DNA of 64,000 nt, from contig CAWGVG010000060.1 in assembly GCA_963825865.1 (NCBI GenBank), forward strand, positions 192,001 to 256,000, written 5' to 3'. Below the pieces are notes generated by a model, which was not told the origin of the DNA, searched no databases, and worked only from the letters and a program-made list of their open reading frames with translations. This document shows positions 20,916-32,526 of this stretch, one piece after another. Both the position numbers and the translations under genes were made by a program. This DNA comes from an uncultured Nitrososphaeraceae archaeon (lineage in GTDB: Archaea; Thermoproteota; Nitrososphaeria; Nitrososphaerales; Nitrososphaeraceae). Each line of letters opens with the position of its first letter. Position 1 is the first letter of the stretch.

Positions 20916-21201
20916 GCTTTGATGTCATTATCAGGAGCAATATTTTTGTAACAAGTAGCTACATAGCATTAATAATATTTGCCGTCATTGGAACAATTAA
21001 TGTAACTGGAGCTGAAAATGGCTCTTCTTTCAATAGAACAGGCAATACCATCCCAAACAATCAATTATACCAAAAAAAAGTGCGATGCTATTTGTTACTA
21101 TTTCTTACAAAAATCACAAAATGACTCGATAGCATTCAGTTAAGGTAATCAAAGAGCAACTAGTATTATATATTTTGTAACACTAAAGTGAGAGCCTAGA
21201 G

Positions 21202-22530
21202 ATGACAACAACTACTAAAACCACATCATTTCAACAGTTAGGACTAAGCGCAGAATTAATTAAAGCATTAAAAACAAATGGATTTGAAGAGCCTTTTCCT
21301 ATTCAAGAGGCAGCTATACCATTGGTTTTAAAAGGTGTAGATGTAATAGGTCAGGCACACACAGGCACTGGCAAGACAGCAGCTTTTGCACTACCAATAT
21401 TGAATAAGATCAAACGTAATGGTCCGATACAAGCACTGATACTTGTTCCGACAAGAGAACTGGCGGTACAAGTTACAACTGAAATTAATAAATTTGCAAG
21501 ATATACGGGAATAAGAACTCTTAGCATATACGGTGGACAAAATATTGGCCTTCAATATAAGCAGTTAAGAAGAGGCATACAAATAATAGTTGCAACCCCC
21601 GGTAGATTGATTGATCATGTAAAACAGCATTCAATTCATCTTGACAATGTAAAGTATGTGGTACTTGACGAGGCAGATAGGATGCTCGATATGGGCTTTA
21701 TTGATGATATAAAGTTCATATTATATTACATAAATAAAGATAGACAAACATGTCTGTTTTCTGCAACTATGCCAGCTGAGATTTTGAGACTAGCACAGGA
21801 ATACATGCATGATGCTAAAGAAGTAAGACTTAATGAAGAAGAATTGAGTCTTGATACTATAGAGCAATCTTATCTTGTTATTCAGGAAAAAGATAAATTC
21901 AAACATCTTTGTAATTTCATTAAGGGGAGAGATAAAAAACAAACAATTGTTTTTGCTGCTACCAAACAAAGGACACGAAGGCTTGTAGACGAACTAAATC
22001 AAGAGGGTTTTGAAGCAATCTCAATTCATGGCGACCTTTCTCAAAGGGAGAGAGACAATGCAATGTATCGATTCAAAAATGGAAGGGAAGACATTCTTGT
22101 AGCTACTGATATTGCAGCAAGGGGCATTGATGTTCCAGCAGTAGGTCATGTAATCAATTATGATGTTCCAGCGGAACCGTTGATGTACTTTCATCGAATT
22201 GGAAGAACTGCTCGAGCTGGTGCCCCAGGTAAAGCCATATCGTTAGTATCACAAGATAGGGTTGATGACTTTGGTCGAATTTTGAAGAGAACAAAACAAA
22301 CAATAAAGAGACTCAATGAAGAGATGGGGATTACGGTTCCTGTTTTCCAACAGCGCCCGTATGACAGATATCAACGAAGAAGCAGTTATTGGCATAAAAG
22401 TCGTGGCCATGGAAGTAAAGGTCATGGAGGATATAATAGTAGTAGAAATAAACGGAGACATACGGAACAACGAGATGATAAGCGCTACAGTAGATATGGT
22501 GGCAGAGAATCGAGCAAAAGATATCGCTAA
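21202..22530 (+). CDS. DEAD-box RNA helicase (CshA/DeaD-like)
   Basis: Q-motif FEEPFPIQ, AHTGTGKT, PTRELA, TPGR, DEAD, SAT, ARGID, HRIGRTAR; basic Arg/Gly/Tyr tail. Confidence 0.95.
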   Translation: MTTTTKTTSFQQLGLSAELIKALKTNGFEEPFPIQEAAIPLVLKGVDVIGQAHTGTGKTAAFALPILNKIKRNGPIQALILVPTRELAVQVTTEINKFARYTGIRTLSIYGGQNIGLQYKQLRRGIQIIVATPGRLIDHVKQHSIHLDNVKYVVLDEADRMLDMGFIDDIKFILYYINKDRQTCLFSATMPAEILRLAQEYMHDAKEVRLNEEELSLDTIEQSYLVIQEKDKFKHLCNFIKGRDKKQTIVFAATKQRTRRLVDELNQEGFEAISIHGDLSQRERDNAMYRFKNGREDILVATDIAARGIDVPAVGHVINYDVPAEPLMYFHRIGRTARAGAPGKAISLVSQDRVDDFGRILKRTKQTIKRLNEEMGITVPVFQQRPYDRYQRRSSYWHKSRGHGSKGHGGYNSSRNKRRHTEQRDDKRYSRYGGRESSKRYR

Positions 22531-22897
22531 TTGAAGAGATAAAATCAGAAGATATCAGACTAATAGCGGCAGCTCCTATTCCCATTTTCGCAATAGCAAT
22601 ACCAAGAATGTATACAATATTGTCAAATCAACTTGTATGCATTAATAATTCTTACCTGCCTTCCGTTGCTTATCGAATTCAGATAGAGATGCTTATCTTA
22701 GAAGTTCTTTCCCAGAAAATGCAGTCGTAGCAGAATTGCATCGAGAATAATGTTGTTGATGACACCTAAAAGAGCAAGGCAGTACCGACTGAGAAGTTGC
22801 TATGTACTATCTGCGCAAATATTTTTTTAATTCCACAATAAAGAAATATAAGAAGTTGATTATTTTGTGCAACATGCTTCAAAGATATATGCTCGTC

Positions 22898-23396
22898 TTA
22901 TACGTTTTCTCTGGCCAATTTTATACATTCTTGTAGATGTTCTTTTTCCTCCTTTAAAATTGATTTTACTTTATTTTTAAATTCTGAATCTTTTACATCA
23001 TTTACCATTGCATCTAAGACTTCATAGTGAGCAACTTCTCCACCTTCTGCGATACATAGGGTACTCTAATGCTTCTGATGTGTCGGCATCATTGCCAAGA
23101 TATGTACTCATCATTTTTGAAGCCTTTTGTTCAGTTTCAGCTGCGATACTCTTAACATTTTCAAAATCTAAGTTCTGTTCATCTGATGATTTTGATAGTC
23201 TCTCACATAATTCTTCAATCTGAGTTAAATTACGTCTGGTGGTTTTGAGCTTCTTTCTTTATCTCTTGTACTTGCTGCTTGATATCTGATTTATCTAATA
23301 ATTCATTTGAAACAAGTTGTTCCACTGCTTTTTGAGAGCCATTTCTAAACCCAGAACTTCGCCTATCTTTTCTTCAATCATTTCACTGTCTGTCAT
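22898..23396 (-). pseudogene. Ferritin-like four-helix-bundle protein (DUF892/YciF-like), several frameshifts; not in ORF track
   Basis: MTDSEMIEEKIGEVLGLEMA/QKAVEQL..KEAQNHQT/..EALEY/LCIAEGGEVAHYEVL..ILKEEKEHLQEC: ExxH-type diiron motifs. Confidence 0.65.
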
Positions 23397-23559
23397 AATA
23401 ATTCTGTCTCTATCTCTAGACTCATATTGCTAATAAGCGTAACAAATCAACAATATTTGTCATCTTTTTAATATTTTCTTGTACTTATGTCCTTTTGTCC
23501 TTTTATTATAACAATCAGCGTAGAAGATTGTGTCTGCTGAGGAGGAAATTAGGTATTAG

Positions 23560-23725
23560 TAGCAATAGATGAAACAACATTACAAACTTGGAAAATGAAA
23601 GAAATATAACGGGAATTAAAAATAAAAAATGAATACCTTAAGATAACAACTCAACGTCTTATATCAGACAAGCAATTAAAAGTTCTTAACAATATGCAAA
23701 AAGAGTTTACCAATATGAAATGAAG
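23560..23725 (+). pseudogene. Sensor histidine kinase remnant (helix leading into HisKA)
   Basis: ELKIKNEYLKITTQRLISDKQLKVLNNMQKEFTN resembles the QLKxHDKMQKEFIN segment before the H-box. Confidence 0.35.
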
Positions 23726-23867
23726 ACTCCTATTTAAGCAATCATAGGATATGCATTGTTAAAAGAAGAAGAATCAAAGGCTATTTTCTCATAATCATAA
23801 AAATGGTTTTTACATCGTTGTCCTTTTAATAACATACATACTGTAACTTTTAAGAACGAAGCCACAT

Positions 23868-24491
23868 ATGACAATATCAATAGACAAATCCATAGAAAAA
23901 GAAAAAGAAAACACAATTCAAGCACAAAGAAGACCATCAACATCCAAGAAGCATTAATCCTAAACAGACGGTCTTCCAGGTCTATGACAGGAGAAGAATT
24001 AGATGAGGATACTATAATGAGTCTTTTTGAAGCTGCAAGGTGGGCACCAACATCCTACAACAATCAACCATGGAGATTTATCTATGCCAAGAGAAATACT
24101 GAGAATTGGAATAAACTTTTCAATTTGCTAGCAGAACCCAACAAAGTGTGGACAAAAAATGCTGCTTTGTTGGTTGTAGTAGTATCAAGGAAAAATTCCG
24201 AATACAATGAGAAATACTCTATAACACATAAATTTGATGCTGGAGCTGCTTGGGAGAATATAGCTTTAGAAGCGTCATCAAGAGGATTGGTAGCACACGG
24301 AATGCAAGGATTTGATTATGAGAAAGCAAGAGTAGATTTGGAAATCCCAGATAACTTTGATGAAATGGCTATGATTGCAATAGGAAAGAAAGGACCAAAA
24401 GAAAATCTCCTAACAATTGCAAAATAAAGAATTTCCTAACGATAGAAAATCATTGAATGAAATAGTGATGGAAGGCACATTTAGAAAATGA
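23868..24491 (+). CDS. Nitroreductase family protein, frameshifts near both ends
   Basis: LILNRRSSRSM, LFEAARWAPTSYNNQPWRF, FDAGAAWEN, HGMQGFD, AMIAIGK; tail PNDRKSLNEIV in a shifted frame. Confidence 0.85.
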
Positions 24492-25050
24492 AGTTTTAAT
24501 GCCTTTTTTCATATATCTGGTTTAACTTTTTATTCCTACTTTAAAAGCAGGTTCGCCTCTAATAACAGATTTTACTCCTTTGGAATGTTTTGGTAAATCC
24601 ATGCTTTGTGCAAAATCAGGATCTATAGTATTCCAGAAAGTAAGCAAATCCTAACATAACAAGGGGATGATAATTATTATCACTATTATTATTTTTAATG
24701 TTACTAGCAATTATTCTTGGTAATGCTTGAGGATAAACAGTACCATTTGCTTCTCTTATCTGAAGATTTTCCATAGAAGATACGCACGACAGATATTGCG
24801 GATCAGAATCTATTGAGAGCATAATTTTGCAATATCATCAGCACCAACCCTTCCGCCCGAATGCATTAATCAAAAAAATTCATCGACAACACCTCTTTTG
24901 GATTTGAAACATTGAACGAGAGTAATCAGATAGATAGATCAAGATAAAATGCGGATATTTGATTTTAACAGCTGATTTTTCTATCACTGAGTATAATAGG
25001 TGTGTTTACCAAGTCTTATAAATTAACAAAATATATTTTATTTCTAAACA

Positions 25051-25770
25051 TTGTCTTCATTAAGGAAAAAAAACTTTAGTTTGATAACAACAATATGCAC
25101 AATTGGCATAATAACGATGTTATTGCACGCTTCTAATTTAGCACTATCACCATTAGCAAATGCAGCGGGATCCCGTAATAGTTTAGGGATTGGTAGTATG
25201 CTACCAATCCCCGATAACTTAATGACACCGCCTAACCAAAATTATCCTCTTCCTTCCAATGCAGTTTCAGGCAGCGGTATTCCAAAAAATATGATAGTAG
25301 GACCATCGTGTGTAAGTGGTTGTCAAGCAATAGTTGGCACAAACAAGGATGACATCATTTACGGAGTGCCGGTAACAGACGCCACGATATATGGTCTAAA
25401 CGGTAACGACTACATAATAGGAGGAGCAGGTAATACTAAACTATATGGGGGGGATGACAACGACAACATTAATGCAGGTTTTGGAAATGCCCAAATGTAT
25501 GGTGGAAAAGGAGATGATGTACTCATCGGTGGAAGTGGAAATAATATCATTGTCGGTGGACCAGGAAACGATCAGCTATTTGCTGGAACTGGTTCTGATA
25601 CTTTGATAGGTGGGCCTGGTGCAGACATTTTTAATTGTGGCTCACAAACCAGTAGCGGTGGCTCACCATCGTCTGCTGTGATACTGGACTTTAACCCAGG
25701 AGAGCAAGATACCAAGTCAAGTAACTGTAAATATGTGTTTACGCAAGGTAGTTATCCAGCAGTTCCATGA
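25051..25770 (+). CDS. Secreted RTX (hemolysin-type Ca-binding) repeat protein
   Basis: Signal peptide, GGxGxDxLx nonapeptides, C-terminal GADIFNCG..ILDFNPGEQDTKSSNC. Confidence 0.85.
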   Translation: MSSLRKKNFSLITTICTIGIITMLLHASNLALSPLANAAGSRNSLGIGSMLPIPDNLMTPPNQNYPLPSNAVSGSGIPKNMIVGPSCVSGCQAIVGTNKDDIIYGVPVTDATIYGLNGNDYIIGGAGNTKLYGGDDNDNINAGFGNAQMYGGKGDDVLIGGSGNNIIVGGPGNDQLFAGTGSDTLIGGPGADIFNCGSQTSSGGSPSSAVILDFNPGEQDTKSSNCKYVFTQGSYPAVP

Positions 25771-26129
25771 ATGGAATAACTGTCTATATATGTATAAGGT
25801 TGATTCTGCGTAAACAACAAACTACAGTTCCAATATGATTATAGCATTATCTCATTAGATTGTTGCATTGTGCCCACTTTACTTCTACTACCAGTTATTC
25901 TATTTTCAGATTATGCACACACAATAAAAAACATGAAAACTATATAATAATGTGGCAATTCAGACGGAAGTTGAGAACAAGAATTAGTGATTAACAAAAA
26001 TTTTGCCATAATGAATAGAACAACATGAAACCTCTACGGCGATTTTATTCTTCTTCTTGTTAATTTGATATTGCGGTCCGCGATAATTTTTTCTGTAGAA
26101 CAAAAACTAACCTAATTAGTGAATCAATA

Positions 26130-26936
26130 GTGGTAAAATTGATACGAGTGATTTTTGGATTACTTAAAATACCTGTTTTACGGTTATATACTAGTAGTAG
26201 GCTGCTCTTAAAAATGATAAGTCATTATCCTAATGCTGATAATAATAGTTCCACTATTGCTATGAAAGTGGAGAGTCTTTGTAGGGTATTTAAATCCTCA
26301 TCAGGACAAGTGGTAGCTGTTAGGAACGCTAATTTTATAGTAAGTAAGGGCGAGTTTGTATCAATCGTGGGTCCATCTGGTAGCGGAAAGTCTACTTTAC
26401 TAAATATGATTGGAGCCTTAGATAAACCTAGCTTTGGTAAAGTCGTAATTAATGGAATAGATATTTTTTCATTAAATGATAACGAGATTTCACGTATGAG
26501 AAATAATTTGATAGGTTTCATTTTTCAATCGTTTAACTTGATCAATAGAGCCACAGTTCAGAAAAATGTAGAGTTTCCAGCCATAATCTCTGGTCTGCCC
26601 AGTAAAGAAAGGAAGTATCGTTCCTTGAAGCTTCTAGACCTTCTGGGCATCAAACGTAAAGCTAATTTCAAACCGCCTGACTTGAGTGGAGGAGAACAAC
26701 AGAGAGTAGCAATAGCAAGAGCACTTATGAACAATCCTACAATAATCCTTGCTGATGAGCCTACAGGGAACCTAGATACTAAAACAGGAAATGAAGTTTT
26801 TGATTTGCTCACGACTCTTTCCAATAAATTTAGAAGAACCATAATAATGATTACCCACAATCCTGAACTTGCTGAAAAGACAGACAGGTCAATATACATA
26901 AAGGACGGAAGAATTGAAAAAGAAGTTACCAATTAG
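26130..26936 (+). CDS. ABC transporter ATPase (LolD/MacB/FtsE type)
   Basis: GPSGSGKST, IGFIFQSFNL, LSGGEQQRVAIARAL, ILADEPTGNLD, ITH; real start probably Met at ~26215. Confidence 0.93.
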   Translation: MVKLIRVIFGLLKIPVLRLYTSSRLLLKMISHYPNADNNSSTIAMKVESLCRVFKSSSGQVVAVRNANFIVSKGEFVSIVGPSGSGKSTLLNMIGALDKPSFGKVVINGIDIFSLNDNEISRMRNNLIGFIFQSFNLINRATVQKNVEFPAIISGLPSKERKYRSLKLLDLLGIKRKANFKPPDLSGGEQQRVAIARALMNNPTIILADEPTGNLDTKTGNEVFDLLTTLSNKFRRTIIMITHNPELAEKTDRSIYIKDGRIEKEVTN

Positions 26937-26985
26937 ATACTACACCTACATCAGATCAGAAAAGATAATGGAGTGGTGAGGGGGC

Positions 26986-29080
26986 ATGGCTCATAATCCA
27001 GCTAATAAAACAAAAGTAAAAAGAACCGTAACATCAAACATTCTATATTGTATATCTCTCATAGGATTGATATTTTTTTCAGCCGTTATAAATCCAAATA
27101 ATAGTGATAAAGTTATTGCTACTTATGCTCAGTCAATTAATAATAATAATAATAATAATGGTAATAACTCTGCATTTAGTGTTAATGGCCCCTATAGTGA
27201 TAAGGCGCCTACATTCTTAGATGCATACTGGACAAACAACCCAAGCGGTAACTTCATCGGTACCCACTACTACCCCCAATTCGCCGCCACTAAAGACAGA
27301 GGTTGGTCCTGGCGATGGTGTAGCCACTCTCGCGGTGGTGTTATCTAATAGGGGACGATCAGATATCACTGGAGTCACTGGCTACCTAGACCTTCCGGCT
27401 GATTTCAAGCCAATTGCAGGAAAAAATAACGGAACTTCTCAATCTGTAGCTGGATATTATTCCGTAGTTAAAGCAGGAAGTACATTTGTTTTATATTTTG
27501 ATATGTCTGTTCTAAAACAGGCTAAAGTGGGAGGATACTCTGCGTCACTCAATATTAAGTATACAAAGATACTAGAAGTTGGAGAACTAATGGCAAGAAT
27601 TACTATTCCTTTTAGACTTACTGGAAAGGTAGTTTTGAATACAGTGTCAAAGAATACAGAATTAATCCCAGGGATGCCTAATTACATAAAGATGGCTCTT
27701 CAAAATATTGGTACAGCCAATGCGACAGGGGTCGTAGTTACGGTTATAGGGGTGACAGGGAGCAACATTATTAATAGTGTTAGTGGTAGCACTGCTCCTA
27801 CTACTACTAACACCAACAGCAATGTGAGCGTTACGGGGACAAGTACAGGACAACAACCATCCTCTCTTTCTTCTATTCCAGCAGCAAATCTGGGAGCAGA
27901 AACATTCAATGTTGGCACAATACCAGCAAATGGCGTAGTAGAAATAGATCCTATAGTGTATCCAACCGCATCGGCTGGTGAAACTGCAGAGAATCTAGCT
28001 CTCCAAATATCTTACGGGGATGCGTATGGTAACCAAAAGGCTATCAATCCACAAGTCGGATTCGTAATAACACCGAACCCACCACAATCTGTTTTGAATG
28101 TCACTAGCAATAATGGAAATGCTTTGATTCTAACAGCTGGCAAAATACAGAATATGAGTTTCACCCTTGCCAATAATGACAAAAGACCAATAACTAATGT
28201 AGTAGCTACTCTTAGTTCTCAGTCTAGTTCCTTGAATATTCTTGGAGATTCTAGATGGACAATGCAAGCCGTGTCAGCACAATCCAAGCTGAATTTGTCG
28301 ACCAAAGTGTTTGCATCTGCTAATATAGTTACTCTACCTTCTCTATTTACATTAACAGTACAATACATATCAGCAGGACAATCAAAGTCAGACTCGCTTA
28401 ACCTTGGAGCATATATCACTGGTGAAATCAAAATACGGATATACGATGTAAGTTTCAATAAAATAGGCAATATCCCTAACCTTGTTGGAAATATATTAAA
28501 TGAAGGAAATACAGTTGGATTGTTTACTACTGTGGAAATGGTGAAGCAAACCTCATCAACGCCTACAAAAAGATCAATAAGTGACCTTGTGACAACTGTG
28601 CCTCCTCCTCAATATCTTGGAGATCTTGATGCAGATTCCCCGCTACCATTTAGTATTCCGCTTAGCATCGACAACAAGACAATATCAAGAATGCCTCCTG
28701 GTATTTATCCAGTCACACTTAAAATTACATATAGTGATGATTTGAAGATTCCACATCAGTTAATTCTTAATAATACAGTTAATTTCCAGCCTGCACGACA
28801 GCCTAGCACTAGTGAACACCTAAATTTCTTTGGGATTGACTTAGGAGCAGTAAGGGGAGGCATAGGCAATAACTTCATAATAACAGCTATTGTTGCTGCT
28901 ATAGCAATAGTCACAGTATATGCTATTATTAGAAGAAGGTCTAAGAATCGCAGGTTGAAGACAAGTCAAGAAGAAGTAGCCAAAGAGTCCTTCCTAGATG
29001 ATTTTTCTCCTGCTTCTTCCTCCTCTTCTATCGATCAAGGTATATCTGATGACGTGAGAAAGAAGAAGAAGACGACATAA
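26986..29080 (+). CDS. COG1361 S-layer-domain-like membrane-anchored protein, frameshift near 27240
   Basis: Signal segment, PTFLDAYW, EVGPGDG.ATLAVVLSNRG, repeated Ig-like beta domains, YLGDL, C-terminal TM followed by RRRSK. Confidence 0.8.
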
Positions 29081-29273
29081 AAAAGATCATGATATGATAT
29101 TAGAGAAATATTTCTTGATGGTTTCATATTGCGATGTGGCCATGAAGTTCTTTTCTTCTTTTTGTTGTCCTTTCTTTAATTAATTTGATATTATTGAAAA
29201 ATTATGGCTAACAATATATTTTGTCGCAGCCGCTGACTCGAAGAGACGTATGTGTCAAAATATAGGAATACTC

Positions 29274-29875
29274 CTATCCGCTTTGTATTACTTCACAATT
29301 GCCTGCTGTATCGTCACCTTGAGTTAAATTAAAGTCCAATACAATATCTACTCCATCTCCGCAGTCAAAGTAATCTGCACCAGGCCCTCCTATCAGAACG
29401 TCATCTCCTGCTTCTCCATACAATTTGTCGTTGCCATTTCCCCCTATCAGAACGTCGTCATCGTCACCCCCAGCAAGGATATCATTTCCATCTCCTCCTT
29501 CTATGTAGTCACTTTGAGCGCCTCCTTGAATTATATCATTGCCCTCGTCGCCAAATAATGAATCGGCATCTTCATCACCCTGAATTATATCATCTCCTCG
29601 CGCTCCGTGTATAATATCATTTCCTGCTAAACCGATTATAACATCACTTGCATTAGTACCCGTTAAACGGTCATCTCCAGTTGATCCGACCGTCACAGTG
29701 AATTGCGCCGTTGTACGCACGGCACTAGCGTTGGTACTTTGTCCTCCACTAATCGACAGTGGTGCTAGGATGTCTGCTTGTTGTGCCAAGGCATTTGAAA
29801 CCGAGAGAATTAAACCAATCTTTACTATGGAATTATTATTATTATGGCGATAGCTGCTTCAATTGATCTTGTCAT
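29274..29875 (-). CDS. Secreted RTX repeat protein (signal peptide frameshifted; ORF track 29274-29789)
   Basis: GGxGxD repeats; ends GGPGADYFDCGDGVDIVLDFNLTQGDDTAGNCE. Confidence 0.85.
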
Positions 29876-30054
29876 TATAATATTTCACTTTGAATAAATT
29901 ATAATATGTTTAAGGACTTTTTTTTGAAAATCAATTCATTAAAACTAAACCGTCGTTGATATTTATCTGTAACTATAATGACAGCCTTTGTATTTTAGAT
30001 ATACAATAGTTGAGAACGTTGCAGATAGTAGCATTTTCTCAAAATTTTGATGAA

Positions 30055-30465
30055 TTGGTGGATTCACCCGTGGGCCTAGCAGCATTCATGATCGACCACG
30101 ACCCGCGTAGTTACAAACTAATCTCACAGGCGTTTGATGGACACCCCGGAGGCCTTACCTGAGACGATGTACTCGACAATATCACGCTCTTCTGGCTGAC
30201 GAACACGGGGATTTCTGCGGCTTGTCTCTATTGGGAATATTTATATATTGACAAGGGCAGCCACTTCGACGTCAAAAATGTCTCGATCCCGGTTGCCGGG
30301 AGTGTTTTCCCTGACGAGATCTATCAGGCCCCGCTGGGCAGAGCGGGCGTATCCTAAACTCATCCATTACAACAAGTTCGACAGAGACGGACACTTTCGG
30401 CCTGGGAACAGCCGCAACTCTTTTCAGAAGAGGTTCGCGCGGGCTTCAGACCACTGCGGAAATAG
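30055..30465 (+). pseudogene. Bacterial-type epoxide hydrolase C-terminal fragment, GC-rich
   Basis: DSPVGLAAFMIDHD..LT*DDVLDNITLFWLTNTGISAA.LYWE..SVFPDEI..RWAERAYPKLIHYN..GHF/AWEQPQLFSEEVRAGFRPLR; stops and shifts. Confidence 0.8.
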
Positions 30466-30500
30466 GGGAGCAGAGGATGTTCTGATACCTGAGTAGAATT

Positions 30501-30668
30501 TTAGATGATAAAGTAAAGATATGCTTTTTGACAGCAAGTGGAATAAATCACGAGGAGTTTAAAAAGAAAGCAGCTATTGCTAGCATAAATGATATTGAAA
30601 ACTGTTTTTTTATCAAGCCAATTGAAAATGAAGAGTTGATAAATAGAGTAAAGGCACAATTATCGTAG
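30501..30668 (+). pseudogene. Response regulator receiver domain, C-terminal remnant
   Basis: DDKVKICFLTAS..CFFIKPIENEELINRV; phospho-Asp half missing. Confidence 0.65.
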
Positions 30669-30971
30669 TTGTTGTAGTATTTTATCTTAAAAAATCAGCC
30701 AATATTTAGATGGTACAGCTTGTTAATCTATTAACTTTTGTCAAGAATGTAATTTGTCACTTTAAATTAAAAAAGTGTAATTTAATAATGGGTCAACAAA
30801 GACAACAAGAAAATCAAATGAATGTTAATAGCGAGCAGTAACAATCACGAACCTGAAATCCTAGAACAAGGTGATATCTATATCAAATGACAATAAATAA
30901 AATGTATAACTATAGTTCATTAATTAGAAAAAACACATAGTAAAGTTCTAAATTAGCATGTACAAACTAAC

Positions 30972-31842
30972 CTAAAAATCTGAAAGTGTCTTCTGCTTTT
31001 CTGATAGTAATAAGGAAGAAGGCGGTCCTTTACTTATTTCCTTATCCTCCCATCTTGCTTCAGACAATCCAATCATTTTTCTGAATGTGTTTGCAGTCCC
31101 TGGACCAAAACCAGCATAATGATTATTTGCTGATACTATTGCCAGTTTAACGTCAGATTACTACGTGGTTTCTTCTTCTCTCCTTTTTCAACCCTTTTTA
31201 CATAGTGAGCCCATCTTTTCATTTCACTAGCTCTGTCTTTCTGTATCTTGCCAAAATCCTTTTCCTGTATAGTTCTATCACCAATCAGCCTAAGATACAG
31301 AAAATCTGTAGTTACTACTGGAGGAGTTCGTATTTCTGTTAGTTGACTCCATGCCAAACAGATATTGTTATTGGCAAAGAAATTGTATGCCAAATCCTGG
31401 AACCATGATCTATCTCTTACTTCTACTGCATATCTGTAGCTGGAATCGAGCAGCGGTACAAGATTCTTTAAGATTTGCAAGTCCTTCGACTATACCAAGA
31501 GACGGAGGTAACTGGATTAGCAGAGCCAAGATCTTTTGTCTAAGTCCAGAAATTGATTTAAAGAAATAATTTAATTCCTTTTCAGAGTCTTTTTTCAATC
31601 TTTTATCATGAGTTATAACTTTTGGGAACTTTGGCAAATCTAAAATTATCAGGGGTTCTATTGTACCAATTCTTTACTGTAAAAGGATTAGGAATCCTAT
31701 AAAATGAAGAGTCAATTTCTACAAAATCAAACACTTTGGAATAATATGCCAGCCATTCAGAGTTTTCAATATGATGAGTAGGATAAAATGGACCTTGCCA
31801 TGCTGAGTAACTCCAGCCTGAGCAGCCTATATAATATTTCAA
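30972..31842 (-). CDS. DUF72 family protein, three frameshifts
   Basis: IGCSGWSY, VEIDSSFYRIP, KFPKVITH, LLIQLPPS, AVEVR, YLRLIGDR, ANNHYAGFGP. Confidence 0.85.
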
Positions 31843-32526
31843 TTATTTGTAGAAAGTATCCGTAAGTTTAATATTTTTTGGTACTATTGACTATTGACAT
31901 TTGAAAACTACATCGGTTTATGAAATGCAAGGTATGTTACTATTAATTGGTTACATAGTAATATCGTATTCCTAGACTCAGGATTATTGTCAAGTATTAT
32001 GGGAATGATATCGACATAGTTTGTAGTGCAAAATGTTATGGAGATTATGCTTTACTTAAATAACGAAAAACCTCATTGATCATGATATGTCTATCCAACA
32101 TATAAAGTCATTGCAAAAGCTATCCTTTAATTGATATTTAAGATGTATTTCTTTATTAAAGTCCACTGAAACCTAAGCTTAACCAGTTATTTCAGTGTTT
32201 GGTTTAGGAAATGAACCGACACTTATAACATTTATTAACAGAACCAAAAATAAGGTTCTGTACGTTAAAGGACATAGAAAATGCTGAAATATATCTTGCA
32301 ATCATCTGGATACAATTACTATTTTGATAAAGACGACCTGATGTATTTCCAGTGATGAGAGATGGTATATCATCATTGTTGTTAAATACTGCACAGAACT
32401 AGTATTATCTATATCGTTAATGGTGGCGCATTTGCCAATCAATTCCGTACAGAATATAAACGGCGCTAGACGGCAGGATGGGGTGCTATGACCTTGCTAC
32501 ACAATAACTAATAGTTAGATGTTAAA

